A stretch of DNA of 64,000 nucleotides from a virus (IMGVR_UViG_3300031420_000495:193407-257406); one strand, 5' to 3'. Counted from the first letter of the stretch, positions 42,693 through 52,521 are shown. Notes: generated from the sequence alone by a model not told the origin. Made by a program: numbers and translations.

Positions 42693-43087
42693 TATCGTCC
42701 CCTTGGGCGTCCGGTGTTTTCTGGTTCAGGTTCGTCAAGATCATCAAGCCCATCATTCGGCAGGCCTTCATTTTCGTCGTCATGACCATTAGCACGGTCG
42801 AACTCTTTGTCAATCGCCTGCAAAGATGCTTCCAACGCAACGATTGCTTTGATGGCGTCACGTGCCAGACCTTGAGTCTCAGTGCTCATGTTGAAGTCAG
42901 TCATCTTCATGTACTCGAGCCATTTCGGATTCTTCATGACTTTCTTCATCTTCGTGACCTGCGCAAACAGGTCATAAAATTCGTCAGTGAATTCGCCGGA
43001 ATCAGAGTAGCCTTTGGCTTCGGTGAAGAACCCGCCGCTCGTTGCTTCGTTGATGTTTGTCAATTCTTGGAGGTGTTTCAGATGCAT
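42692..43087 (-). CDS. Hypothetical late protein (MHLKHLQELTNINEA N-terminus)
   Basis: Late promoter CATAAATA near 43121-43128. Confidence 0.78.
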   Translation of the reverse strand: MHLKHLQELTNINEATSGGFFTEAKGYSDSGEFTDEFYDLFAQVTKMKKVMKNPKWLEYMKMTDFNMSTETQGLARDAIKAIVALEASLQAIDKEFDRANGHDDENEGLPNDGLDDLDEPEPENTGRPRGR

Positions 43088-43138
43088 GTCGATTCCTTGG
43101 TGGAAATGTGTTCGTCGTCTATTTATGGTTCCGGAAAC

Positions 43139-43162
43139 AAAAAAGGACCCGAAGGTCCTTTT
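43139..43162 (-). terminator. Intrinsic terminator, same element as 2979-3004
   Basis: GGACC-TTCG-GGTCC + U tract. Confidence 0.85.
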
Positions 43163-43201
43163 CTTATTTGTCAGCTAATGCTCTAATTTTGCGTATCGTT
43201 A

Positions 43202-43573
43202 TTAGTCACGTGCATGCTTCAGCAATTCCATGTACGCCTCGATACCGCCTTCAGCAACTTCACCGGACTCGAGACGATACTTCATGATGAGGTCTTCGAG
43301 TTCGTCTTTCCAGGAATCGCGCACGGGGTCGCTGATGAAGTGTTCGCCGTTAATGACGACGTCTTCATCAGTGAAATCGTAGTACGAGAAATTGCCCTTG
43401 CGGTCGACGACCACGTAAGCTTCGACCGTGCCATACGGCTCGTTCAGCGCGATGTAGAACATCTGCGAACCGTTTTGTTCGCCCATGTGGTCGCACTGGT
43501 TGCGCGTCACGTGATCGATCGGAATGTCGCCGTCAGCGCGGAGGACCAGATCAACAGCTTCGAGGTTCGTCAT
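43202..43573 (-). CDS. Acidic hypothetical protein
   Basis: ORF after early promoter. Confidence 0.75.
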   Translation of the reverse strand: MTNLEAVDLVLRADGDIPIDHVTRNQCDHMGEQNGSQMFYIALNEPYGTVEAYVVVDRKGNFSYYDFTDEDVVINGEHFISDPVRDSWKDELEDLIMKYRLESGEVAEGGIEAYMELLKHARD

Positions 43574-43634
43574 GATGTTCTTTCGTTGGAGAGGATATGT
43601 AAAGAATTATACCCTGGCTCCAACGTTTTGTACA

Positions 43635-44426
43635 TCAAAAGTATGCTGGTTCTGGCTTCAATTCGTCGAAGCGTTTCAGCAGTTCTGCGCACGCTTGTTC
43701 GGAATCGATCGGCCAACGGAATGCGTTCAGCACTTGGAGGGATGGTTGCTCTTGTGGAAGGTTCCATGCGAGGCCGCGCGATGGCATCATGTGATATGCT
43801 TCGATCTTCAGTGCGACCATGTCGGCCCACTTGACGACAACTTCGCCGAACTCGCGGAATGTTGGCCACTTGTCTGCGTAGCCGAGTTCGAATTTCTTGA
43901 AGATGACATCGTCCATCTTCGCTTCGTAAACGCGATATGCTTCGCCAACGCCTGGCAGACGTTTCACTGGTGTTGGGAGGTCGATGAGATACGCTTCTGC
44001 GAAGTCGTGCATGAGTCCGTGGAACGCGACCATCTGGATTTTGCTGTCGTCCAGGTCGCGACGGAACGTATCCTTGAAGTCAGACCACTTGCGGAACTCG
44101 AGCGCAGCGGGTGTTGGATTTTCTTCTGCGTCCTCTTTGAAGACGTCCTCGGTTGCGAAGTGATTGATCGCTTCATCGAGGTAACGCGAGAACATGTCGT
44201 GAAACTCGTTACCAGGTCGCAATGCTGCCTCAACGATACGCGACACTTGGACGGTATGCTGTGCGACTGTGTACGGCTTCTTGGAAATGGTGTGACCTGC
44301 ATATCGGTTTTGACGTGAGAGACCCCACGCAATGTCGCCGAGACGAATGTCATCCGCATGTGGCTCTGCAAGATCGATGATCGCGCCGGACGCGGTCTCT
44401 GTGCAGGTGATTCCTACAAATTTCAT
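43635..44426 (-). CDS. HD-domain phosphohydrolase (YfbR-like)
   Basis: DIAWGLSRQNRYAGH..YTVAQH, GLMHDFAEAYLIDLPTPVK, VKWAD. Confidence 0.88.
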   Translation of the reverse strand: MKFVGITCTETASGAIIDLAEPHADDIRLGDIAWGLSRQNRYAGHTISKKPYTVAQHTVQVSRIVEAALRPGNEFHDMFSRYLDEAINHFATEDVFKEDAEENPTPAALEFRKWSDFKDTFRRDLDDSKIQMVAFHGLMHDFAEAYLIDLPTPVKRLPGVGEAYRVYEAKMDDVIFKKFELGYADKWPTFREFGEVVVKWADMVALKIEAYHMMPSRGLAWNLPQEQPSLQVLNAFRWPIDSEQACAELLKRFDELKPEPAYF

Positions 44427-44986
44427 TTTCGTGCCTTTCTTTTGGTTTTCTTAATGGCGATGAGACGCACGTCTTCTCGAACACCCATGCGCTGGTAAAT
44501 CTTCAACTTCGAATAAATCTTGTCGGTCTCCGGGTCGTAAACAACGTCGGCAAACCGTTTCGTGTCATTGAAGTCATGAGCCCAGATCGTGTAGCGATCG
44601 GACTTAATCATCGTCTTCCACATGCGTCGACCCAGCCGCGATTGCTCGTAGCCAGATGCGAGTATGAGACCTTCTTTATCGATGACGGTGTCGTACAACA
44701 ACTTTCCCCAGCCATCACCGCGAACTTGAGGAAATACAAACACCTGATCCACCGTCCAGCATTCCCACTTTGGCTTCTTCGCGATGTTGATCCATCCGTA
44801 GATGGTCACTGCATCTTTGCCAAGTGGTGTTGCGGCAACGTAAAATAACGTGCCGTCCTCTTCGCTGACAATTTTGTATACAGGAACGCCGCGAAGCTTT
44901 TTGTATTCACCCTTTCGGAACGCGGAGTCTAATTGGAAAAAGACTGGGTCCGAGCATTCCTTCGGAATGCTTGCATCGATATACAT
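44423..44986 (-). CDS. GNAT-like protein
   Basis: VFVFPQVRGDGWGKLLY acetyl-CoA motif. Confidence 0.7.
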   Translation of the reverse strand: MYIDASIPKECSDPVFFQLDSAFRKGEYKKLRGVPVYKIVSEEDGTLFYVAATPLGKDAVTIYGWINIAKKPKWECWTVDQVFVFPQVRGDGWGKLLYDTVIDKEGLILASGYEQSRLGRRMWKTMIKSDRYTIWAHDFNDTKRFADVVYDPETDKIYSKLKIYQRMGVREDVRLIAIKKTKRKARK

Positions 44987-44989
44987 GAT

Positions 44990-45247
44990 TCACCACAATT
45001 CTTTCGGACACGATGCGTCCAGTATTTTTGTTTTCAAGTCCATGAAGCAATTGCAAATGCTGCACTGCCGCGCGATCTTCCGAAAAGCAGCGCAGTCAGT
45101 GCAGACCTTCAAACGTTCAGAGGCGAGCTCTTCGCTCGAAAGCGTCAGCTCGCCTTTTAGTACCGCAATTGCAATATTTCTCAGCGTGCTCACGAAAGAA
45201 TCCAGGTGGGCAAAGAGCCGCGTGCGTATGGACAGTGCTTCATCCAC
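44990..45247 (-). CDS. Small Cys-rich protein
   Basis: RLKVCTDC..QCSICNCFMDLKT..ASCPKELW. Confidence 0.7.
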   Translation of the reverse strand: MDEALSIRTRLFAHLDSFVSTLRNIAIAVLKGELTLSSEELASERLKVCTDCAAFRKIARQCSICNCFMDLKTKILDASCPKELW

Positions 45248-45447
45248 ATTTCGGTTGCGTCTTCAGGCGATTTGCTGTACAGTTTCTTCATCGCATCTTG
45301 CGCCTCATTCATTGCAATTTTACCACGTGTGAAGCGCTTGGTGTCGAATGGATCGACGTCGTAGTTCCAATCGACAGAACGGAGAGCTGCTTCAGCATTC
45401 GTGCTGAGCGAGGTTTCGTACTCTTGAATCAGTTCGGCCAGCTTCAT
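45190..45447 (-). CDS. Hypothetical protein (MKLAELIQE N-terminus)
   Basis: ORF with AAGGA SD. Confidence 0.7.
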   Translation of the reverse strand: MKLAELIQEYETSLSTNAEAALRSVDWNYDVDPFDTKRFTRGKIAMNEAQDAMKKLYSKSPEDATEMWMKHCPYARGSLPTWILS

Positions 45448-45471
45448 TGTAGTTCCTTTTACATTACGTGT

Positions 45472-45738
45472 TTATTCTTCGTCCGGTTCGTCGAAGCAAT
45501 GCTCGGCGATATTGCACAGCTGAAAGAATGGTGCGCGACGGATTGCCGGCGAATCTGGCAGAGCGAACCAGAAATCATTCGCCATGTTGACCAGTTTCGA
45601 ATCGGAATACTCGCCGGCTTCGACGCCGCCTGCAGTCATGCCTGCGCGAGTCAGCACCGAGTTGTACAGTTGGACGTAGTATTGCTGTTCGAAGATTGCC
45701 TTCTGGACTTCAGCTGTGTCCTGTTGAAGTTGACCCAT
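45472..45738 (-). CDS. Hypothetical protein
   Basis: ORF. Confidence 0.7.
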   Translation of the reverse strand: MGQLQQDTAEVQKAIFEQQYYVQLYNSVLTRAGMTAGGVEAGEYSDSKLVNMANDFWFALPDSPAIRRAPFFQLCNIAEHCFDEPDEE

Positions 45739-45739
45739 A

Positions 45740-46009
45740 TTATTCCCTTTTGTTCATGATGTTACGGATCGCTTGATCCGCCGCGTGTTCAACAGCAATC
45801 TCACGCAGCTCGTCCATGGTTTCTGCGAGCAGCATGGTTTGATGAGCGAGTTGCTTGCCGATGACGGTTTGCATGCCACCTTCAGTGATGGCGGCTTCGG
45901 CTTCGAGGCTGCGCTGGTATTCGATCGCTTTCTCGCGACGACCCGGCGGCAGACTGTTGATATAGTCCCACAGATTTTTCGTGGCCTGTTCCACAGCTTC
46001 GTTGCTCAT
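45740..46009 (-). CDS. Hypothetical protein
   Basis: Start trimmed to MSNEAV. Confidence 0.7.
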   Translation of the reverse strand: MSNEAVEQATKNLWDYINSLPPGRREKAIEYQRSLEAEAAITEGGMQTVIGKQLAHQTMLLAETMDELREIAVEHAADQAIRNIMNKRE

Positions 46010-46065
46010 GTCTACTCCTGATGAGGTTGATGTCCGATTATACCTCAATCTCATTCGGAAGTACA

Positions 46066-46569
46066 TCAATCATTGTTGCTTGACGAAGACGATGAGCCGC
46101 TGTCGCTGCTCGATGAGCCGCTGTCATAACTGGACGATGACGAATCGTTTGACGAACTCGTGCGATCCCAGTCGCCGCTTGATCCACCGCCATCGAATGT
46201 GCCGCCACCGCCGGAGAATTTCTCAGGCTCTTTGTCCGACGTGTCTGACGTCTGGATTGTACCGGCGAGTGAAGCTGCACCGAACATCCAATCTTCTGTT
46301 GGTGCTGGCGAAGGCGTCACGCTTGGTGTTGGCGTTGTTTCAGTCGATGCAGCTTTCTGCTTGTCAACAACATGCAGGTTTGCTTTTGGTTTCGGCTGTG
46401 GCACGTAGTCTTGACCGCGCATAGTCTTTGCACCTTGCACCACGTTCTCTTGCAAGAGTGCCGACTCGCGCATCTCTGCTTCGGCCTTCTTGTTCTGATA
46501 ACGACGGTGGAGGAACATCAGCGGTAGGGCGATCACAGCGATCACCACAATGAGGAGAATGAAGTCCAT
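46066..46569 (-). CDS. Membrane protein with Gly/Ser-rich tail
   Basis: N-terminal TM; FSGGGGTFDGGGSSGDW..S-rich tail. Confidence 0.8.
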   Translation of the reverse strand: MDFILLIVVIAVIALPLMFLHRRYQNKKAEAEMRESALLQENVVQGAKTMRGQDYVPQPKPKANLHVVDKQKAASTETTPTPSVTPSPAPTEDWMFGAASLAGTIQTSDTSDKEPEKFSGGGGTFDGGGSSGDWDRTSSSNDSSSSSYDSGSSSSDSGSSSSSSNND

Positions 46570-46697
46570 TTTACTATCTTTCCAAAATTCACGCTGATCG
46601 GGGCGTGTTACCCGTTGAAGTCAATTATACCGAGTTGACAATTCATGTGACGCTAAACCATGATCGAAAAGAAAAACGGACCCGAAGGTCCGTTGTC

Positions 46698-47078
46698 TTA
46701 TTTCACTGTCAACTTTGATGTAGAGCAACAGTCCATCAATTTCTGATAGACTACTGGGTCGACGTTGATACAACCCATCGTGATTCGCCGGTATTTTATG
46801 TTGCCGCTCTTCAAACGTTCTTCACGTTTCTCCCAAGGTCGACCTAACCACACGCGGTGAATAGCGTAGATCATATTGTCACTCTCTTTGAACTGAAGCA
46901 CGTCACCGCCATACCCAGGAGATTCTACGAGCCGCTGTTGCAGATCGAATTCACCACGTGGCGTGTCATTGCCGATCAGAACTGGATAACACTCTTGCGT
47001 CGGCTCAAAGCCTTCGTACTGCGGTGGCGTGATGATACAGAGAGTCGCCAGTGCTATATCTACAACTACAGACAACAT
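46698..47078 (-). CDS. L,D-transpeptidase (YkuD)-like protein
   Basis: PVLIG..TPRGEF, YAIHRVW..ITMGCINV; start trimmed to MLSVVV. Confidence 0.75.
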   Translation of the reverse strand: MLSVVVDIALATLCIITPPQYEGFEPTQECYPVLIGNDTPRGEFDLQQRLVESPGYGGDVLQFKESDNMIYAIHRVWLGRPWEKREERLKSGNIKYRRITMGCINVDPVVYQKLMDCCSTSKLTVK

Positions 47079-47139
47079 GATGTAATCCTTGAAATGAAAA
47101 AGGGCAACCGAAGTTACCCTTTTATTTAGCGGCAGAAGA

Positions 47140-47595
47140 TCACTCGTGAATCTTCTTGCGTGGCACTTCCTTGATGATGACGCGCTCACGTACTTCGACC
47201 GAGACAGCAGGTGGTTCTGCGATGACTGGCTTGAAGAACAGATACTCGCCACGACCCATTTTCGGGGTCCAGTTGTAGCCGTCGCATTTCAGCTTCGGTT
47301 CAGTGGTTCGTGCAACCACATCACCGCGGCGATTGACTGTCGAGACAACCGAGGTTCCGACGCGAACGCATGGAACTTCGACAACTCGCGGCCAGATCGT
47401 GCCGGCCGTCGGATGGAACGGCAGATATTGCGGAGCGTGGTAGATGTTGTTTTCGACAACATCAGCATTCTCGATGCCGCGCATACCAGGGGTGCCAGAA
47501 CCGTATTCGTTACGCTGAATATCGATCGTGGCCGTTTGTGCCGAGGCTGATGCTGCGATCGCAGCAAGAGCCATGACTGCAAAGAGTTGCTTCAT
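47140..47595 (-). CDS. Secreted hypothetical protein
   Basis: Signal peptide ..AASASA; HAPQYLP.HPTAGTIWPRVVEVPC. Confidence 0.8.
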   Translation of the reverse strand: MKQLFAVMALAAIAASASAQTATIDIQRNEYGSGTPGMRGIENADVVENNIYHAPQYLPFHPTAGTIWPRVVEVPCVRVGTSVVSTVNRRGDVVARTTEPKLKCDGYNWTPKMGRGEYLFFKPVIAEPPAVSVEVRERVIIKEVPRKKIHE

Positions 47596-47605
47596 GGCTA
47601 ACTCC

Positions 47606-48358
47606 TTATTCTTTGATCTTCGGCAGACCCATGCGTTCGCGGACGATCGGATCGACTGGCTCGCCGGCGTTCAGCGCAGCTTGACGTTCAGCCACGACCG
47701 TACGACGTTGCTCGCTTTGTGGGCAGGTGAAGCCCGTCATTTCGAGCGCTTTGCGATTGTCTTCGTCCATGCACATGCGAGCCATTGCTGCGGCCTTCAT
47801 GCCCATGTTCCACATTTCGCGCGCGTTCTTCAGCATGACGCAGTTCGCGTCGGTGTAGGTCTTGCCCAGCGAGATGCCGAAGCCCGGACCGTTGGCCGAA
47901 CCCGAAGCCGAACCCATACACGTGTCGTTCGACGCGGTCAGCGGAGGACCGGACACGGATGGCGTGTTCTTGATCGTCTGCGTACCGAACGTTTGATGCA
48001 CGGTGCTGTTGGTGCCGCCGGACACGACTTGTTCAGTCTTGCCGTTGACGGTCTGGTTGTTGTTGACGGTCTGCTCACCTTTATTGATGACAGTCGTCTC
48101 GGTTTTGCCGCTCACGTTCTGGTTGACAGTCTGACTGCCACCATAAACCACGTTCGATGTCGACTGCTCTGGCGAAGTGAACGTGATATTCTGGCTGTTA
48201 CCCTGGTTCGACGCAGCCGACCAGGATTGGGATTCGGTAGAGCTGGATGCCGTTGCTTTAGCGCCTTGGGCCTGGCCTTGCGAAGTGCTAGTCAATTCAG
48301 TAGCTTGTGCTCCACCGAACGCTGCAAGCATCGCGGTAATGAGGAAAATCTTTTTCAT
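47606..48358 (-). CDS. Secreted protein with Cys-rich C-terminal domain
   Basis: Signal peptide; Q/N/T-rich repeats; DTCMGS..G.S.GKTYTDANC..AAAMARMC. Confidence 0.8.
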   Translation of the reverse strand: MKKIFLITAMLAAFGGAQATELTSTSQGQAQGAKATASSSTESQSWSAASNQGNSQNITFTSPEQSTSNVVYGGSQTVNQNVSGKTETTVINKGEQTVNNNQTVNGKTEQVVSGGTNSTVHQTFGTQTIKNTPSVSGPPLTASNDTCMGSASGSANGPGFGISLGKTYTDANCVMLKNAREMWNMGMKAAAMARMCMDEDNRKALEMTGFTCPQSEQRRTVVAERQAALNAGEPVDPIVRERMGLPKIKE

Positions 48359-48385
48359 GGTGATCCTTGGTTTGTTTGGTGAAGA

Positions 48386-48403
48386 GGGGATCCGAAGATC
48401 CCC
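48386..48403 (-). terminator. UUCG hairpin (terminator or stabiliser)
   Basis: GGGGATC-TTCG-GATCCCC. Confidence 0.6.
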
Positions 48404-48413
48404 ACCTGACTTA

Positions 48414-49199
48414 TTAGTTCAGGTTCAGCTTGCTGTTGGTAACCTTCACGTTACCGCTGAAGCTGCCATTCTGGATGGAACCCACGCCGTTGACCAGCAC
48501 CGGGTTGGCCTGGGTGCCAGTGGTGACCTGCAGCGTGCCGCCGGCGTTCACGGTTTCGTTGCCACCGACTTTGTAGCCGAAGGTCGAGGTCTTGTCGACA
48601 CCAGCAGTGATACCGGTTGCAGTGGTGCTGTTGAACAGGTGGCCGGCGGTCACGATCGACGTGTTGGTCGCATTCGCCTTGCTGCCGCTGATTGCGGCGC
48701 CGCTACCGACATTCGTGGCGGACGATTCGGTACCGACAGTGGCACCGGATGCTGCCCAGGTACCTGGCTTGTCAATCACTTGAACTTTTTCACCGTCGAT
48801 TTTCACGGTCTTGAACGTGTCTGCCACCAGGGTGGCCTTGGCATCCGCACTGCCATATTGGCTTGCGTATGCGCCCGAGCCGCCCTGGCCAATGCCGCCG
48901 GCTGCGGTGATCGTACTGCCGTTCGTCTGTGCAGTGGTAGCTGCTGCGCCAGCGCCGGCGTACTGATTGCCGATGTATGCGCCTTCGCCGCTCGCGCTCG
49001 ACGAGTTCGTCGAGCCTGCGAAGGAACCGTGCATTGCGCTTTGGTTCACGCCGTTGGCAACCGAGTAGCTCGAGGTGCTGCCAGTGACGGTCGACTGTGC
49101 GTTGCCGGTGACTTGTGCACCGACGGTGGTAACACCGGTTGCGGATGCCGATGCCGAAGCGATCAGGGCCAGGGTGATCAGTGCGATTTTGGATTTCAT
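48414..49199 (-). CDS. Secreted Ala/Gly/Ser/Thr-rich low-complexity protein
   Basis: Signal peptide ..ASASASA; no Cys; few charged residues. Confidence 0.8.
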   Translation of the reverse strand: MKSKIALITLALIASASASATGVTTVGAQVTGNAQSTVTGSTSSYSVANGVNQSAMHGSFAGSTNSSSASGEGAYIGNQYAGAGAAATTAQTNGSTITAAGGIGQGGSGAYASQYGSADAKATLVADTFKTVKIDGEKVQVIDKPGTWAASGATVGTESSATNVGSGAAISGSKANATNTSIVTAGHLFNSTTATGITAGVDKTSTFGYKVGGNETVNAGGTLQVTTGTQANPVLVNGVGSIQNGSFSGNVKVTNSKLNLN

Positions 49200-49389
49200 T
49201 TGGTATTCCTTTAAAGGTTGGCTTTAGCGCCGGGTTTATTTCGTTTCGCTTTGTGCTTGACGATGGAGAGATTCTAACTTGATTTTGCTACGTTGTACAG
49301 CTTTATTTCGCGTTCGTTTCAGTTTGTTTCTGACTGTAACGTTTTGTTTCAAGTATTGCTCAACGACGAGGAGCATTCTACCACGTTTT

Positions 49390-50496
49390 TTACGACAGAG
49401 TAAAACTTTTCGCGTTGAGCGACGCTGCAACAATTTCACGACGAGCATTGGCAATTGCTTCACCCAACGCTTTGCCTTGTACTTCTGGGAACTGCGATGC
49501 TGCCACCACTTTCGTGGCTTCCGCGATGTCGGCCAACTGCTGAGCCGAGATAAACAACTTGTTCTGCATGCTTTCTTCCAACTTCATCGCTTGAATCAAG
49601 TCAGCGAAGTCAGAACCTTGTGACCAGACTTTGGTCGTCACCAACAACGCGAACACGTTGTCAGCGCTTGCTTCTTCAGTGCAACGAACACGGTTGATGT
49701 TCGTATACAGCTTCTGTGTTCGAATCGGTGCCGATTGTATCACAGGTTTGCGCGGCCATGCTGCTGCGGTCAACGCGGTAAAGTACATCAAACGTTCTTC
49801 AGAACTTTCGATGCGCTTGACTGCAAAACCGGCATGCGTCATTGCAACATGATCGAACTCGAACAAGCCAGCAAAGAAGTCGACGTGTTCGAACGCGCCC
49901 ATGATGTCCAACACATGGAAGAAGTGTCCGGCCATGTTTTCACCCAAGGCCTTTCCCATCTCGGCCCAGAACCGCTCGTGTGGCAAGTGGTTCAACTCGC
50001 CGTCGGCAACCATCTCACGCGCCAACGACATCGTCGAGTTGGCGATCGTGAAACCGAAGTAACGAGCCGCGAACCGTGCCAAGCGAACAACACGCAACGG
50101 GTCTTCAGCAAATGCCGGCGACACGTGACGCAAGACTTTCACTTCCAGATCGTAACGGCCGTCGAACGGATCGATGATTTCGCCGGTCTCAATGTCTTTG
50201 GCCATCGCGTTGATGGTCAAGTCGCGACGCGACAAGTCTTCGGTCACAGTGACGGTCGGATCGAAGTCGACGGCGAAGCCATGATAGCCGACGCCGGTCT
50301 TACGTTCGATGCGAGCCAGCGCGTATTCGTCTTTGGTTTCCGGATGCAAGAACACAGGAAAGTCCGCACCGACTTGTTCGTAGCCCAATGCGATCATTTC
50401 TTCTGGTTTTGCACCAGTGACCAGGTAGTCGACGTCTTTGGGCTTTAAGCCCAACAGCTCGTCGCGGACTGCTCCGCCGACAATGTAGATTTTCAT
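49390..50496 (-). CDS. cca: CCA-adding tRNA nucleotidyltransferase (class II)
   Basis: [38 protein letters not shown]; start trimmed to MKIYIV. Confidence 0.95.
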   Translation of the reverse strand: MKIYIVGGAVRDELLGLKPKDVDYLVTGAKPEEMIALGYEQVGADFPVFLHPETKDEYALARIERKTGVGYHGFAVDFDPTVTVTEDLSRRDLTINAMAKDIETGEIIDPFDGRYDLEVKVLRHVSPAFAEDPLRVVRLARFAARYFGFTIANSTMSLAREMVADGELNHLPHERFWAEMGKALGENMAGHFFHVLDIMGAFEHVDFFAGLFEFDHVAMTHAGFAVKRIESSEERLMYFTALTAAAWPRKPVIQSAPIRTQKLYTNINRVRCTEEASADNVFALLVTTKVWSQGSDFADLIQAMKLEESMQNKLFISAQQLADIAEATKVVAASQFPEVQGKALGEAIANARREIVAASLNAKSFTLS

Positions 50497-50729
50497 ATTA
50501 GTGTCCTGTTCAATTCGACCAGTTGTTTGTACGGCCCGAGGTCCGCATCGGTGAAGCAAGAAGAAGGTGCAATCTCTGCGTTGTTCAAGACTTGCTCTGC
50601 CAGCCACAACTTCGCATTGTACTGGGCATCGTAGCCGAACACTTTGCGACTACCGACGTAGCCAGCAAAAAGGCCTTGTGCGTTCTTGCGGACGCTAACA
50701 AGGCCTGTGGGTTCTGAGGGAGTTGTCAT
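50493..50729 (-). CDS. Hypothetical protein
   Basis: Start trimmed to MTTPSE. Confidence 0.65.
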   Translation of the reverse strand: MTTPSEPTGLVSVRKNAQGLFAGYVGSRKVFGYDAQYNAKLWLAEQVLNNAEIAPSSCFTDADLGPYKQLVELNRTLI

Positions 50730-50818
50730 GCGATGTCCAAGTACGTTTCGATAGAGTGATTGTACTCTATTGTCCCGCACTTGTAAATAGACGTTAGCAC
50801 TTATTCAAAGGAACTAAC

Positions 50819-51175
50819 ATGGCACTTCAAGCAACAGTATCAAAAGGTGGACTCACCATTGAAAACGGTTACATCTTGGTTGTTGGTATTCGCATCGATC
50901 ACGCTACACGCCCAACAACTGACGATCAAGGAAACTTCGCCGGCAATGTTGAAGTAGTTGCATCGAACGCGCGTCTCGTTCTGTATGCGGGTCAAGCAGA
51001 ACGGAAAGCAAACTTCAATTCGTATCTTTACACATTCAGTGTTGACTTTGAACACGTTGATGGTGCTGATCCATTTGCTGAAGCCTACGCAGCATTCACT
51101 GCGCAAGCAAATGATCCAGACGATGCAGGCAAACAGAGTGGTTGGTCATTCACCAACATTACTGAAGTGGATTAA
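50819..51175 (+). CDS. Hypothetical late protein
   Basis: GTAAATA late-like promoter and AAGGA SD. Confidence 0.75.
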   Translation: MALQATVSKGGLTIENGYILVVGIRIDHATRPTTDDQGNFAGNVEVVASNARLVLYAGQAERKANFNSYLYTFSVDFEHVDGADPFAEAYAAFTAQANDPDDAGKQSGWSFTNITEVD

Positions 51176-51426
51176 ATCAGGCGAACGCCTTTTGTTTCGA
51201 TCCACTTGACGAGGTCGAAGTAGTCGAGCAGAATTTCTTCGTTGAACGTGACGATGACGAAGCCGCCGGATGGATTGATCTTTCCACGAGACAACGTCAT
51301 TGCACCCTTGCCATCAATCAACTCCGAGAACGGAATGCGTTGATCGGCAAGGATTGCTTTGCAGGCTTTGAAGTTCTCGGTTTCGAACTTGCCGGTGCTG
51401 ATGATGGAAAATTCTTTCATAGCCAC
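51172..51426 (-). CDS. Hypothetical protein
   Basis: Coupled ORF. Confidence 0.7.
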   Translation of the reverse strand: MAMKEFSIISTGKFETENFKACKAILADQRIPFSELIDGKGAMTLSRGKINPSGGFVIVTFNEEILLDYFDLVKWIETKGVRLI

Positions 51427-51920
51427 TGCATTCCGTCAACCACAGCACCACCTTGAATTTTCAGGTACACGATTTTCGTGCCCGGGCTTTTTGCAGCAAG
51501 GCGTTTCACTTCATCCATGGCGGATTCAGCAGTCAGATGGATTTTCGGCTTGGAGCCGAACACCAGCGAACCGTTTTGAATTTGCGCGATGACGAAGCCT
51601 TTGGCTTTCAAACCTTCTTCAGCCGTCAAGCCATCGACTGCCGGTGCAGCATTTGCCGATTGCATTTCGGTTTCTTTCGACCAGTCTTTGTGCAGCTTCG
51701 CGTTGATCAGCAGTTCATCGCCACGACGGCTGACGGATTGGTTGCGGCCAACGCCCAGCGTGTAGTACGTCACGCCAGCAGCATACGAGCCGGTCATTTT
51801 CTTCGGCTTTGCGAATTGCTTAGTCGAAAAGACTTCACCCTTGTTGTTGATGAAATAGCCCATCAGCCGCGAGTCGAGGTTCTTCAACGGGAACAAGCCC
51901 GCCACGTTTTCGATATTCAT
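51417..51920 (-). CDS. Hypothetical protein, possible NUMOD/HNH-associated-like N-terminus
   Basis: GYFINNKGEVFS; start trimmed to MNIENV. Confidence 0.65.
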   Translation of the reverse strand: MNIENVAGLFPLKNLDSRLMGYFINNKGEVFSTKQFAKPKKMTGSYAAGVTYYTLGVGRNQSVSRRGDELLINAKLHKDWSKETEMQSANAAPAVDGLTAEEGLKAKGFVIAQIQNGSLVFGSKPKIHLTAESAMDEVKRLAAKSPGTKIVYLKIQGGAVVDGMQWL

Positions 51921-51934
51921 TATGGTACTCCAAA

Positions 51935-52087
51935 TTATAGCTTGCGGTATTTTGTTTTGTTGCACTTGTTGCAACGTTGCATGGAGTAATCTTTACTCGA
52001 AACGATTTCATCGGTTGCATTCATTTTCTTGAACTCCCACACGTGGAGGCAGCGTTTGAATAGTTTGCGAAGAAATGTTTCGATCAT
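51935..52087 (-). CDS. Small Zn-ribbon protein (50 aa)
   Basis: Translated by hand: C.H.W..RCNKC.K. Confidence 0.55.
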   Translation of the reverse strand: MIETFLRKLFKRCLHVWEFKKMNATDEIVSSKDYSMQRCNKCNKTKYRKL

Positions 52088-52116
52088 GATTTTACTCCAT
52101 ATAGTTTATTGCGTGA

Positions 52117-52521
52117 TTACCACCCGAGCAGTTCGCCAATATCTATATGAAATACAACTGCACCAGTGTGTTGGTCTTGAATCGAAGCCCAGATGAGCGA
52201 CTTCGGTGAAAGTCCGGCTGCAACGAGTTTTGCGTTCAGCGAAATATCGAAATTCTTGTCGGTCATGATGTGACCGGTAACGTTGGCGTCGTATCCACGA
52301 AGCACGATTATGGCGCTGCCTGAAACAACAGTTGGACTGTCATCATCGTCGGCTTCTACTGTGACACGTACGTCGACAACGTCGTAATACTGCGGGGTTT
52401 CCCACTTGCCATGTTGTCCAAACCCATCTTCGCCGAAAGCGCAGAGAGTCTGCCGAATCAACGCGCGTTCAAGAAGAAGAATGCAATCTTCTTCTATTAA
52501 CATTCTTACTGATGTTGTCAT
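52117..52521 (-). CDS. Hypothetical protein
   Basis: 134-aa ORF. Confidence 0.7.
   Translation of the reverse strand: MTTSVRMLIEEDCILLLERALIRQTLCAFGEDGFGQHGKWETPQYYDVVDVRVTVEADDDDSPTVVSGSAIIVLRGYDANVTGHIMTDKNFDISLNAKLVAAGLSPKSLIWASIQDQHTGAVVFHIDIGELLGW

Noticed and set aside
49236-49463. 75-aa minus-strand ORF
   Set aside because: Overlaps the cca stop and promoter-like, AT-rich repeats; no SD; more likely regulatory DNA
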